DNA of 64,000 nt from Bacteroidales bacterium (GTDB lineage Bacteria > Bacteroidota > Bacteroidia > Bacteroidales > F082). This document shows positions 19,421-29,059 of this stretch, one piece after another (position 1 is the stretch's first letter; each line of letters begins with the position of its first letter). Where the stretch lies: assembly GCA_015493525.1 (NCBI GenBank), contig WGCY01000020.1:52604-116603 (forward strand), in the 5' to 3' direction. A program made the position numbers and the translations under genes. A model generated the notes under the pieces. The model was not told where the DNA came from. It did not search any database and was given only the letters and a program-made list of their open reading frames with translations.

Positions 19421-19990
19421 ACCACGAAGGGGCGAGAGGGCGAGGGGGTGAGAGGGTGAAAAGGTGAGGGGACGAAGAGACTGAGGGACGGGGGGAAAAA
19501 ACAAAAATTCGTGTAATTCGTTGGTAAAAACCTTGGTGGCACTTGGTGGTTTACCTTTTACCACGAAGGGGCGCAAAGGGGTTTCACGAAGGGACACAAA
19601 GGACTAGGGGGCGAAAGGGACGAAGAAGAGACAAAGGGACGAAGGGATGAAGGGATGAAGGGACGGGGAAAAAACAAAAATTCGTATAATTCGCTGGTAA
19701 TAAAACCTTGGTGGGACTTGGTGAATATCCTTTGTGGTACTTAGTGGTTTACCTTTTACCACGAAGGAGCACTAAGGGGTTTCACTAAGGGGGGCACAAA
19801 GGACTAGGGGGCGAAAGGGACGCTACAACCGGGACTGCCACCTCCTTAGTCCGCCAGAGGCGGGACGGCTCAAATCGTAGCCTGTGAATTTATTCGCAGG
19901 CGAGAGAAAAATAAAAATTCGTATAATTCGCTGGTAATAAAACATTTGTGGTACTTAGTGGTTTAAATTTTACCACTTTTACCACAAAAG
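19421..19990. repeat. three tandem units (about 140, 198 and 213 bp) of a purine-rich intergenic element
   Basis: Each unit starts with ACCACGAAGG. Each ends with AAAAATTCGTRTAATTCGYTGGTAAWAAAAC...TTGGTGGTTTACCTTTT. Unit starts are at 19421, 19561 and 19759. Confidence 0.7.
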
Positions 19991-20016
19991 GGTAGCCAAA
20001 AAGACAACCAGCCTGA

Positions 20017-20220
20017 TTAATTCGGACGGTTCCAGCCCTTCGGCTGTTTCTGCGACTTGTAATCCTGGGTAAAAGCACATTCAATGCCTTTTTTTCTGAT
20101 TTCTTTGTTATGCCCTATTTTTGATTCAGGGAATTTACCATCTTTTTTTACCAAAATAGTTATGGCCATGGCAACAACCGCAACGGAAAGCAACAAGATA
20201 GATAGCAAGACTGTTTTCAT
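20017..20220 (-). CDS. small signal-anchored hypothetical protein
   Basis: 67-aa ORF with an N-terminal hydrophobic segment (LLSILLLSVAVVAMAITIL) and a basic C-terminal tail. No recognised motif. Confidence 0.45.
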   Translation of the reverse strand: MKTVLLSILLLSVAVVAMAITILVKKDGKFPESKIGHNKEIRKKGIECAFTQDYKSQKQPKGWNRPN

Positions 20221-20257
20221 GTGTATTTTGGGATGTTTCGTTTACTTCTCCATGATA

Positions 20258-20668
20258 TTAGGAATAAACCGTTAATACCAGCTTCCTGTGCCCGCCATGC
20301 CGCCGGAACTCACAAAGATAGATGCCCTGCCAGGTGCCGGTATTGAGCCGGTAATGCGTTATGGGAATAGTCAGCGAAGTTCCCAGTAAAGCCGACTTAA
20401 AATGGGCAGGCATGTCGTCAACGCCCTCCAGCACATGGGTGTAAAAAGGGGCTCCTTCGGGTGCAATTTTGTTAAACAATGCATCTAAATCTGTACGCAC
20501 ATCGGGGTCGGCATTTTCGTTGAGCATCAACGCTGCCGAAGTGTGTTTCAGGAAAAGATTGAGCAAGCCTGTTCCGGGAAGTTCTCCCAACGCATCAAGT
20601 ATCAGGTTGTCAATTAAATGAAACCCTTTGGGGAAAGGCGGAAGGATAATTTCTTTTTGTCTTACCAT
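20258..20668 (-). CDS. YjbQ/UPF0047 family (secondary thiamine-phosphate synthase) protein
   Basis: 136 aa. HTSAALMLNENADPDV and DDMPAHFKSALLG are typical of YjbQ. Confidence 0.8.
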   Translation of the reverse strand: MVRQKEIILPPFPKGFHLIDNLILDALGELPGTGLLNLFLKHTSAALMLNENADPDVRTDLDALFNKIAPEGAPFYTHVLEGVDDMPAHFKSALLGTSLTIPITHYRLNTGTWQGIYLCEFRRHGGHRKLVLTVYS

Positions 20669-20756
20669 GTGCCGTTTATTTTAGGCTAAATTGGATGTGT
20701 TTTCAAAATAAGTTACAACAGCTGTCCTGTAGTAGGGAATTATTCAACGAGTCGTC

Positions 20757-20800
20757 TAAGCGGACGCTTATATTCAATAGGTCGTCCAAGTGGACACTTG
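20757..20800. repeat. two tandem ~30-bp units each carrying a 14-bp palindrome (TAAGCG-GA-CGCTTA, CAAGTG-GA-CACTTG)
   Basis: TTCAACGAGTCGTCTAAGCGGACGCTTATA followed by TTCAATAGGTCGTCCAAGTGGACACTTGAACGAG. The second shares a 23-bp core with 16739-16761. Confidence 0.6.
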
Positions 20801-20811
20801 AACGAGTATTG

Positions 20812-20847
20812 TGTAAAAGTTAAAGCCCTACAGATAGCAGGGCTTTA
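20812..20847 (-). terminator. terminator-like hairpin downstream of citrate synthase
   Basis: AAAGCCCT-9 nt-AGGGCTTT (20822-20846), followed on the minus strand by a short T-run. Confidence 0.5.
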
Positions 20848-20873
20848 ACTTGGAATATTGGTTTATCGACAAA

Positions 20874-22178
20874 CTATTTGATACCGGCAATTTTTTCCAG
20901 CATATCGGTAGTCAGCGATTTCGGCCTTTCAATAGCATAACCCAAAGCCCTGTCCCAGGTAATGTTGGCCAGAACGCCCATGGCCCTGCCTACACCAAAC
21001 AGAACAGTATAGAAGTCATACTCACGCAGGCCATAATGCCATTGGATAACGCCAGACTGGGCATCCACATTTGGCCACGGGTTCTTGGCTTTGCCATGTT
21101 CCCTTAAAATATCGGGAACCACATCGTACAGACGTGAAACAAAAGCAAAGATCGGGTCATCGGGCAAATGTTTCAGACAGAATTCACGTTGCGACATATA
21201 ACGCGGGTCTGTTTTACGCAAAACGGCATGGCCGTATCCGGGGATCACCTGTCCGCTGTTCAGTGTTTCCCAAACAAATTTTTTCATTTCTTCTTCTGAA
21301 GGAAGCTCGCCGCCCATTTTGGCCATCACGTCCTGAATCCATTTCAATACTTCCTGATTGGCAAGGCCATGCAAGGGGCCGGCCAGTCCGCCAAGACCGG
21401 CAGAAAGTGAATAATAGGCATCCGAAAGGGCAGAAGCCACCAGGTGGGTAGTATGCGCCGATACGTTGCCCGACTCATGGTCGGAGTGAATAATGAAATA
21501 CATACGGGCCACATCGTCGTATGGCTCAGGCAATCCCATCATGTGGGCAAAGTTGCCACCCATGTCCAGATCAGGATCCGGGGCAATGTGGACATCTCCC
21601 TTATATTTCATGCGGTAGATGTAAGCAGCAATCACGGGAAGACGGGCGATAATATCGGTAGCATCTTCGTACATGGGTTCCCATGCTGTCATTTTGTTAA
21701 ATCCTTCGGCATAGAATTTGGCAAATTTGGATTCGCGTTGCATAGCCAAAACAGCTGCTGAGAACATAGTCATGGGATGGGTATCGCGAGGCATGGCCCT
21801 CAACACATCAAAAACATACTGCGGAACATTTCTTCTTTCTTTGAACTCTGCCACAATTTCCAGCGTTTCTTCCACTGTCGGCACATCGCCGGTAAGCAGA
21901 TAATACCAGAAAGCTTCAACATAAGGATAATCTTTTCCTTCGGGTTTGGGAATAATGGCCATCACTTCGGGAATAGTTTTTCCACGGAAACGAATACCCT
22001 CCATAGGGTCAAGATACGAAATGTCAGTTGTCAGCCCTTTAACTCCCCGCATACCATTAATGGTCTGAGAAATGTTAACTTCACCCACTTTCACATCGCC
22101 AAACTCCTTCAGCAAACGTGTAGTCCGTGGTCTGTGGGCATCAATTTTTTCTTTTAATTTTTCTTTTAAAGTTGCCAT
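20874..22178 (-). CDS. gltA: citrate synthase
   Basis: 434 aa with the conserved GYGHAVLRKTDPR active-site stretch. Confidence 0.93.
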   Translation of the reverse strand: MATLKEKLKEKIDAHRPRTTRLLKEFGDVKVGEVNISQTINGMRGVKGLTTDISYLDPMEGIRFRGKTIPEVMAIIPKPEGKDYPYVEAFWYYLLTGDVPTVEETLEIVAEFKERRNVPQYVFDVLRAMPRDTHPMTMFSAAVLAMQRESKFAKFYAEGFNKMTAWEPMYEDATDIIARLPVIAAYIYRMKYKGDVHIAPDPDLDMGGNFAHMMGLPEPYDDVARMYFIIHSDHESGNVSAHTTHLVASALSDAYYSLSAGLGGLAGPLHGLANQEVLKWIQDVMAKMGGELPSEEEMKKFVWETLNSGQVIPGYGHAVLRKTDPRYMSQREFCLKHLPDDPIFAFVSRLYDVVPDILREHGKAKNPWPNVDAQSGVIQWHYGLREYDFYTVLFGVGRAMGVLANITWDRALGYAIERPKSLTTDMLEKIAGIK

Positions 22179-22612
22179 AAATTTTTAAATTTTAATTCAG
22201 CCAATGCTGATGTTAAGGAACTAAAGTTTTTTTAAAGGTACAACCGTTATTTTTTCACTTTGGATGTATCTTACCTGCTCCAAAAGTACGATAAAATTCC
22301 CTTGCATATTGACGTCATATTTAGTTAAGCCCTATATTTTTACGTTTTCTAAATTACATCTCTCCCGGAAATTGTTATTTAATTAACATTATCTTTGTCT
22401 GGCATAGATTTTTCTCTTAAAAGGTATGCAGGTTGCCGATTTGGCCATAGGCAAAAAACAGTAAACGCTGTTGTTTTTAAAAAGTTAAGAAACAATATGA
22501 ATAACAAAAAAACATTGTTAATTCGAGATTTTCCTGCACTTTTGCAAGTGGAATAATTCTGTGATTATATCGCTGTTTATCGAACATAATTTTAACCTTT
22601 AATAAAAATACA

Positions 22613-24844
22613 ATGAAAGATAATTCATTAAAAATTAACTGGACAAAGGTGGATGAAGCCCCGGCACTGGCCAGTTACTCGTTTTTGCCCATCGCCAGGG
22701 CCTTTACTAAGTCCTCGGGTGTAGAGATTGCAACCAGCAACATTTCACTGGCCGGCAGGATACTGGCAAATTTTCCCGATTATCTCAAAGAAGGCCAAAA
22801 AATTGAAGATGCCCTTGCCCTGCTGGGCGAACTGGTTCTCCAACCGGATGCCAACGTCATCAAACTTCCAAATATCAGTGCTTCGGTACCCCAGCTGAAA
22901 GATGCCATTAAAGAACTGCAAAACAAAGGCTATGCCGTCCCGGATTATCCGGAAGAACCCGAAACGGAAGAAGAACGCAAACTTGCTGACCGCTATTCTA
23001 AGGTGCTGGGAAGTGCCGTAAACCCGGTATTGCGCCAGGGCAACTCCGACCGTAGGGCAGCTGATTCGGTAAAGAAAAATGCGCAAAAGCATCCGCACAA
23101 ACTGATGAAACCTTATCACAGCGATTGCAAAACCCACGTGGCCCACATGGAAGCCGATGACTTTTATGGTAATGAGAAATCGGTTGTTACCGAGAAAGGC
23201 GTTCCGTTCACAATTGAGCTGGTTGAGCCCGATGGAAATACCATCGTCCTGAAAGACGGTCTTGAATCGAAAGATGGCGAAGTGCTGGATGGTACTTTTA
23301 TGAACACAAAAGCGTTAAGGGCTTTTTATGCCGAACAAATTGAAGAGGCCAAAAAGCAAAACATCCTTTTTTCGGTTCACCTGAAAGCCACCATGATGAA
23401 AGTTTCCGACCCCGTTTTGTTTGGCCATGCCGTGGATGTGTTTTTTAAAGAGGTATTTGAAAAATATGCCGAAGAGCTTAACGCCATCGGGTTTAACCCC
23501 AATTTCGGGCTGGGCGACCTCTATAAAAAAATGGAAAAACTCCCCATCGAAAAACAAAATGAGATTAATGAGGCCATTCAGGAGACTTTTAAAGAAAAAC
23601 CCGATGTGGCCATGGTGGATTCTGCCAATGGTATCACCAACCTGCATGCACCCAACAAAGTCATTATCGATGCTTCAATGCCTGTCATTATCCGGGATGG
23701 TGGAAAAATGTGGGGGCCTGACGGTCAGCTGCACGAAACCAAAGCCGTGATTCCGGACAGATGTTATTCCACCTTTTATCAGGTGGTGATGGACGACTGC
23801 AAAGCCAACGGCCAGTTTGATCCCACCACCATGGGGAGCGCATCCAACGTGGGGCTTATGGCCCAGAAAGCCGAAGAGTACGGATCGCATCCCACCACTT
23901 TTGAAATTCCAGCCAGCGGTACCGTCAGGGTGATCGATGGTAACGGGAAAGTGCTGATGGAGCACAAAGTGGAAAAAGGCGATGTTTGGAGAATGTCGAG
24001 GGCAAAAGACATTCCCATAAAAGACTGGGTTAAATTGGCTGTTAACCGTGCAAAGGCAACCGGTTATCCGACTATTTTCTGGTTGGACAAAAACAGGGCC
24101 CACGATGCGCAAATCATTAAAAAGGTAGAAACATACCTGAAAGACTACGACCTGAACGGACTGGACATCCGTATTATGCCACCGGATGAGGCCATGCGGT
24201 TTACCCTGAAAGAGGTGAGGAAAGGCAACAACGTCATTTCTGTTTCGGGCAATGCCATAAGGGATTACCTGACCGACCTTTTCCCTATCCTTGAACTGGG
24301 GACCAGTGCCCGCATGTTATCTATCGTTCCTTTGCTTGCCGGTGGCGGCTTGTTTGAAACAGGTGCCGGTGGCTCTGCGCCCAAACACGTGCAGCAATTT
24401 CTAAACGAAGGACATTTAAGATGGGATTCTTTGGGCGAATTTTTAGCCCTGATGGTCTCGCTCGAATTTATGGGCAATAAGTATAACGACAACCGGCTGA
24501 AAGTGCTCTCCAAAGCACTGGACAAAGCTGTGGAAGTTTATCTGGAGAATGAAAAATCCCCTTCGCGTAAAGCAGGTGAACTGGACAACCGGGGCAGCCA
24601 TTACTTTCTGGCACAATATTGGGCTGTTGCTCTGGCAGAACAGGACGAAGACCAGGAGCTTAAAACACAGTTTGCCGATGTTGCCAAACAATTGACAGAG
24701 AACGAAAAAACAATTGTCCATGAGATTATGGCTTCCGAAGGCAAGCCCACTGATATTGGCGGTTATTACCTGCCCGATGATCAACTGGCAGAAAAGGCCA
24801 TGCGCCCCAGTGCCACGCTAAACAAAATTATTGACAGCCTGTAA
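22613..24844 (+). CDS. icd: NADP-dependent isocitrate dehydrogenase, monomeric type
   Basis: 743 aa, the length class of monomeric IDH. The N-terminal [17 protein letters not shown] is typical of that family. Confidence 0.92.
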   Translation: MKDNSLKINWTKVDEAPALASYSFLPIARAFTKSSGVEIATSNISLAGRILANFPDYLKEGQKIEDALALLGELVLQPDANVIKLPNISASVPQLKDAIKELQNKGYAVPDYPEEPETEEERKLADRYSKVLGSAVNPVLRQGNSDRRAADSVKKNAQKHPHKLMKPYHSDCKTHVAHMEADDFYGNEKSVVTEKGVPFTIELVEPDGNTIVLKDGLESKDGEVLDGTFMNTKALRAFYAEQIEEAKKQNILFSVHLKATMMKVSDPVLFGHAVDVFFKEVFEKYAEELNAIGFNPNFGLGDLYKKMEKLPIEKQNEINEAIQETFKEKPDVAMVDSANGITNLHAPNKVIIDASMPVIIRDGGKMWGPDGQLHETKAVIPDRCYSTFYQVVMDDCKANGQFDPTTMGSASNVGLMAQKAEEYGSHPTTFEIPASGTVRVIDGNGKVLMEHKVEKGDVWRMSRAKDIPIKDWVKLAVNRAKATGYPTIFWLDKNRAHDAQIIKKVETYLKDYDLNGLDIRIMPPDEAMRFTLKEVRKGNNVISVSGNAIRDYLTDLFPILELGTSARMLSIVPLLAGGGLFETGAGGSAPKHVQQFLNEGHLRWDSLGEFLALMVSLEFMGNKYNDNRLKVLSKALDKAVEVYLENEKSPSRKAGELDNRGSHYFLAQYWAVALAEQDEDQELKTQFADVAKQLTENEKTIVHEIMASEGKPTDIGGYYLPDDQLAEKAMRPSATLNKIIDSL

Positions 24845-24885
24845 TTATAAAAGGCTTACCATTATTTAAAAAGGTTGCTTTTATT

Positions 24886-24993
24886 GGTTCACGCAAAAGC
24901 CGCTAAGAAGTCGCAAAGTACGCAAAATACTTACTCTCAATAGTTTGGGTTTTGCGTATTTTGCGTTTTATTTTAACGTCCCTTGTGCGAACC
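24886..24993. repeat. imperfect ~108-bp palindromic element downstream of icd
   Basis: Ends GGTTCACGCAAAAG / CCCTTGTGCGAACC are inverted. Inner ACGCAAAA ... TTTTGCGT arms are also inverted. CGCAAAG-type words resemble the 19.4-kb repeat family. Confidence 0.4.
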
Positions 24994-25060
24994 TTTCTTT
25001 TTGGATGACCTCTTTTTTGTGAATTGTTCTGAATTTTTTTTACTTTACAAGACAGGCTTA

Positions 25061-25101
25061 TTCCTAAATCTAATTTCTAAAATCATAATTCTAAAATCAA
25101 A
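25061..25101. repeat. three tandem AT-rich 13-14-mers (TTCCTAAATCTAA / TTCTAAAATCATAA / TTCTAAAATCAAAA)
   Basis: Read directly from the sequence. Word content is similar to the 14-mer array at 46032-46073. Confidence 0.5.
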
Positions 25102-25240
25102 AACTGGAATTATCCATTAACAAACTGCAAACAAAGATTCACGGGCCGTTTACCGACAAAAAGCTGCCAATGACCGAATTTTTGTTTCACAGCGTACCGT
25201 GCCATCCTATTTTTGCTGAAAAATTAAAACAAATAATAAA

Positions 25241-25726
25241 ATGGCACAGACAAAAAAATTGTATCGGACAGTTCAGGACAAAGTAATAGGCGGCGTAGCA
25301 GGAGGGCTGGCAGAATATTTCGACATCGATGTAGTTGTATTCAGGCTCCTGTTCGTGTTGTTGGTCCTTTTTGGTGGCGGCGGGCTTATTGCCTACATCG
25401 TCATGTGGATTGTAATCCCTCCCCAAAAAATATCCTTTCAATACAACAACGGGACAACATCGAATCAGGGGCCGGCAAACCAGGGGCCTGACAAACAGCC
25501 GGATGACCTCTCTGACAAATCCCGGCAAACGCCCACAAAAAAAAGCACACCTTCCAATACCAGCCTTATTGCCGGGATAATCCTTATCGCCATGGGCGTT
25601 CTTTTTCTCATTAACCGCATGATGCCCTGGGTCAATTTGGGCAATTTCTGGCCGGTACTGCTCATCTTCGGTGGCTTTTTTATTATTGATCCGAATATTT
25701 TAAAATCTAAAAATAGACAACAATGA
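25241..25726 (+). CDS. PspC domain-containing membrane protein
   Basis: LYRTVQDKVIGGVAGGLAEYFDIDVVVFRLLFVLL is a canonical PspC domain. It is followed by a low-complexity linker and a second TM. Confidence 0.82.
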   Translation: MAQTKKLYRTVQDKVIGGVAGGLAEYFDIDVVVFRLLFVLLVLFGGGGLIAYIVMWIVIPPQKISFQYNNGTTSNQGPANQGPDKQPDDLSDKSRQTPTKKSTPSNTSLIAGIILIAMGVLFLINRMMPWVNLGNFWPVLLIFGGFFIIDPNILKSKNRQQ

Positions 25727-26646
25727 AATTTAAAAACGTTTTTTGGGGCATGAGCCTTATTATCATTGGCACCCTGCTGGTTGCCCGCAACACAGGATGG
25801 ATTGATTTTGACTGGATGAATATCATACGCCTGTGGCCGCTGCTCTTTATCCTCTGGGGCCTTTCGGTACTCCCCATCCGTGAAAACATAAAAATAGGCG
25901 TTCTGGTCATCCTTTTGGGCGGGGCTACCTGGTTTGTGCTGGACTATTCGGGACAAGGGCGATTCAATAATTTTGAATTTATCATCAACAAACAGTTTGA
26001 CAATGATGACAATACGCTGACAAACAGCCGGCAGGATTTCACCATTCCTTTTGCTGATTCCATCGAAAATGCCAGCCTCCATTTGGATGCCGCCGCAGGA
26101 AAATTTGTCGTTGACGATTCCACTGCCGACCTGCTCTCTTTCTCCCAGGAAGGAAGGCACACAGGACATTACGAATATCTGGTACGCCGAAACAAACATA
26201 ATGCAGTGGTTAAGATAACCGAAAGAGAGGAACATGTTTTTCATAACAACAACCACAAGGTAGTTACTATCCGGATGAATACGCACCCGGTGTGGGATAT
26301 TGACCTGGATGCCGGGGCCAGTGCCATCAATTACGATTTGCAGGCATTTAAGATAAGAAAAATCAACCTGGATGGGGGTGCCGGGTTATTCAAGATGACC
26401 GTGGGCGATAAATACCCTGATGTAAAAATAAATATTGATGCCGGCGCTTCTTCTATCACACTGCGCGTCCCCGAAGATGCAGGCTGCGACCTGGACATCA
26501 CAGCCGTCTTGTCCGGAAAACAGTTATCCGGATTCAAAAAAACAAGCAACGGGCACTACCAGACAGAAAATTATGATACTGCCAAAAACAAAATCCACCT
26601 GAATGTGGATGCCGCCGTATCCAGCTTCCATATTGTCCGATATTAA
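25723..26646 (+). CDS. LiaF-like membrane protein (N-terminal LiaI/LiaF-type TM bundle, C-terminal beta-rich putative toast-rack domain)
   Basis: ATGA overlap with pspC and three N-terminal TMs. The C-terminal repeats INLDGGAG / INIDAGASSITL / LDITAV resemble the LiaF/DUF2154-DUF4097 fold. Confidence 0.6.
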   Translation: MKFKNVFWGMSLIIIGTLLVARNTGWIDFDWMNIIRLWPLLFILWGLSVLPIRENIKIGVLVILLGGATWFVLDYSGQGRFNNFEFIINKQFDNDDNTLTNSRQDFTIPFADSIENASLHLDAAAGKFVVDDSTADLLSFSQEGRHTGHYEYLVRRNKHNAVVKITEREEHVFHNNNHKVVTIRMNTHPVWDIDLDAGASAINYDLQAFKIRKINLDGGAGLFKMTVGDKYPDVKINIDAGASSITLRVPEDAGCDLDITAVLSGKQLSGFKKTSNGHYQTENYDTAKNKIHLNVDAAVSSFHIVRY

Positions 26647-26682
26647 AATGTTATCCCTGGCACGACCAGGTTCCATATATCA

Positions 26683-26718
26683 AAACCGGCACAGAGAATT
26701 GTGCCGGTTTTTTTTTAA
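26683..26718 (+). terminator. rho-independent terminator after the pspC-liaF-like pair
   Basis: ACCGGCAC-8 nt-GTGCCGGT followed by a 9-T run. Confidence 0.72.
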
Positions 26719-26813
26719 TCACTGCTTTTGCCGTTCTTTGCAAAAATAAATTTTGAAAACAGATATGATTTAATTCATTGTTGTTCAGTTGTATAATTTT
26801 ATAGTTGTCGTAA

Positions 26814-28868
26814 ATGCAAACAAAAAACCAGAAAATACTTCCGCCAAAAGCAAAAAAAATCCCCAAAAGGTTAAAAAAACATGGCCATGTCCGCACAGAC
26901 AATTATTACTGGCTTAATGAACGGGAAAACCCGGAAGTCATGGCCTACTTAAAGGCAGAAAATGACTATACCGAAGCCGTTTTCAACAAGCCCACCAAAA
27001 CGCTGCAAAAGACGCTTTTCGACGAAATGGTTAGGCGCATCCCGCAAAAAGACAGCTCTGTTCCTTATACCGTAAATGGTTATTCTTACTATACCCGTTA
27101 CGAAAATGGGAAAGAGTACCCGGTTTATTGCCGTAAAAAAGTTACGGACAATGCACAGGAGGAGGTTATGCTCGATGGCAATAAAATGGCGAAAGGCCAT
27201 CGCTTCTTCGATATCAACAACTGGGAAGTCAGTCCCGACAACAACATCATTGCCTATGGCCTTGATACGGTCAGCCGACGCCAATATACCCTCTATTTTA
27301 AAAACCTGAAAACCGGAAAGACCTGTTCCGACAAAATTCCCAACACTTCGGGAGATATTGCCTGGGGCAACGATAACAAAACCATCTTCTATTCTGTAAA
27401 AGACGAAGCCCTCAGGCCCTATAAGATTTTCCGCCACATTTTAGGTGAACCTGTAAAAAACGACCGGCTTATCTTTCACGAAAAAGATGCTTCCTTTGAT
27501 ACCGGCGTTTACAAAAGCAAATCGGGGAGGTTTGTTGTAATAAACGCTGAATCAACACTGTCAACAGAATATCAATTATTGGATGCTGATAAGCCAACGG
27601 GAAAATTCAGTGTATTTTCCCCCCGCATGAAAAAGGTGGAGTACGAAATAGCCCATCAGGGCAACCGCTTTCTGATCCGTACCAACTACAAAGCCAATAA
27701 TTTCAGGCTGATGAAAACACCACTCGACAAAACGGGCATGGAAAACTGGAAAGAAGTTGTCCCCAACCGAAAAGATGTACTGCTTGAGGAGGTGGAAGTA
27801 TTTGATGACTTTTTTGTTGTGGCAGAACGAAAAAACGGCCTGCTTCGGTTTCGTGTATTTAATGTGAAAGAGGGTGCCGACCATTATCTGCAATTTGACG
27901 AACCGGATTATGCTGTCTATTTTGATGATAATTACGCTTACCATACGGACATTTTGCGTTACGGTTTTACTTCGTTGAAAACGCCAAACACCATTTACGA
28001 TTTTAACATGCATACAGGCAGGCAGGCGTTAAGAAAACGGCAGAAAGTCGTCGGGGGATATGATCCGGAAGCCTATGTTACCGAAAGAATTTATGTGGAA
28101 GCCCGCGACAATGTGAAAGTGCCGGTAAGTATCGTTTACAAAAAGAGCTTCCGCAAAAATGGAATGCAACCATTGCTGCTATATGCCTACGGTTCGTACG
28201 GCTACAGCATGGAATCGTCCTTCCGGTCTTCGCGCCTCAGCCTCCTCGACCGTGGTTTTGCATTTGCCGTTGCCCACATCCGTGGCGGGGAAGAGATGGG
28301 CCGTTTCTGGTATGAGGATGGAAAACTGCTCAAAAAGAAAAATACCTTTTTCGATTTTATTGACTGTGCAAAACAGCTGATCGCCGCAAAATATACCACT
28401 CCCGGGAAATTGTTTGCCATGGGGGGCAGTGCCGGCGGGTTGCTTATGGGTGCAGTTGTCAACTATGCACCTGAACTTTTCAAAGGCGTTGTGGCTGCCG
28501 TCCCCTTTGTAGATGTGGTTACGACCATGCTCGATGAGGACATCCCGCTTACCACCGAAGAGTATGACGAATGGGGAAATCCCAACGACAAGAAATATTA
28601 TGACTACATGCTTTCCTACTCCCCTTACGATAATGTAAAAGCACAAGATTATCCGGCCATGCTGGTAACCACCGGCCTGCACGACAGCCAGGTGCAATAC
28701 TGGGAACCGGCCAAATGGGTAGCCAAACTGCGCGATATGAAAACCGATGACCACCTTTTGCTGCTTTGGACCAACATGGATTTTGGGCATGGTGGTGCTT
28801 CCGGCCGTTTTGAACCGTTAAAAGAAACTGCCATGGAAGATGCTTTTATGCTTTATCTGTTATCCTGA
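26814..28868 (+). CDS. ptrB: oligopeptidase B (S9A prolyl oligopeptidase family)
   Basis: 684 aa with N-terminal HGHVRTDNYYWLNER, the nucleophile motif GGSAGGLLMG, and downstream Asp/His regions. Confidence 0.9.
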   Translation: MQTKNQKILPPKAKKIPKRLKKHGHVRTDNYYWLNERENPEVMAYLKAENDYTEAVFNKPTKTLQKTLFDEMVRRIPQKDSSVPYTVNGYSYYTRYENGKEYPVYCRKKVTDNAQEEVMLDGNKMAKGHRFFDINNWEVSPDNNIIAYGLDTVSRRQYTLYFKNLKTGKTCSDKIPNTSGDIAWGNDNKTIFYSVKDEALRPYKIFRHILGEPVKNDRLIFHEKDASFDTGVYKSKSGRFVVINAESTLSTEYQLLDADKPTGKFSVFSPRMKKVEYEIAHQGNRFLIRTNYKANNFRLMKTPLDKTGMENWKEVVPNRKDVLLEEVEVFDDFFVVAERKNGLLRFRVFNVKEGADHYLQFDEPDYAVYFDDNYAYHTDILRYGFTSLKTPNTIYDFNMHTGRQALRKRQKVVGGYDPEAYVTERIYVEARDNVKVPVSIVYKKSFRKNGMQPLLLYAYGSYGYSMESSFRSSRLSLLDRGFAFAVAHIRGGEEMGRFWYEDGKLLKKKNTFFDFIDCAKQLIAAKYTTPGKLFAMGGSAGGLLMGAVVNYAPELFKGVVAAVPFVDVVTTMLDEDIPLTTEEYDEWGNPNDKKYYDYMLSYSPYDNVKAQDYPAMLVTTGLHDSQVQYWEPAKWVAKLRDMKTDDHLLLLWTNMDFGHGGASGRFEPLKETAMEDAFMLYLLS

Positions 28869-29059
28869 GTTCAAGATAAGGCTTACTTGCCGGTTTACAG
28901 GTCCTTATAATTGGGCTTTATTTTAAACTTTATACAACTTCAACAAAAAGGAACATGGTATTATCTCGTCTTCATTATTTTTCTTTGTTCACAGCCAAAT
29001 CTTAAACCAAAATACAGCAATAATCCTAATTTTGCACATCTTTTAAATAGTAGAAGGAC

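Noticed and set aside
19421-19990. Possible CRISPR array, because of regularly recurring sequence blocks in an ORF-free region
   Set aside because: The repeating units are 140-215 bp and internally related over most of their length. There is no short constant repeat alternating with unique spacers, and no cas genes are in the window.
22427-22556. Two mini-ORFs (12 and 19 codons) and an AACAG-6 nt-CTGTT hairpin flanked by A and T runs in the gltA-icd divergent spacer, considered as a leader-peptide attenuator for icd
   Set aside because: The hairpin stem is only 5 bp, the peptides have no informative codon content, and nothing links them to isocitrate dehydrogenase regulation. The evidence is insufficient.
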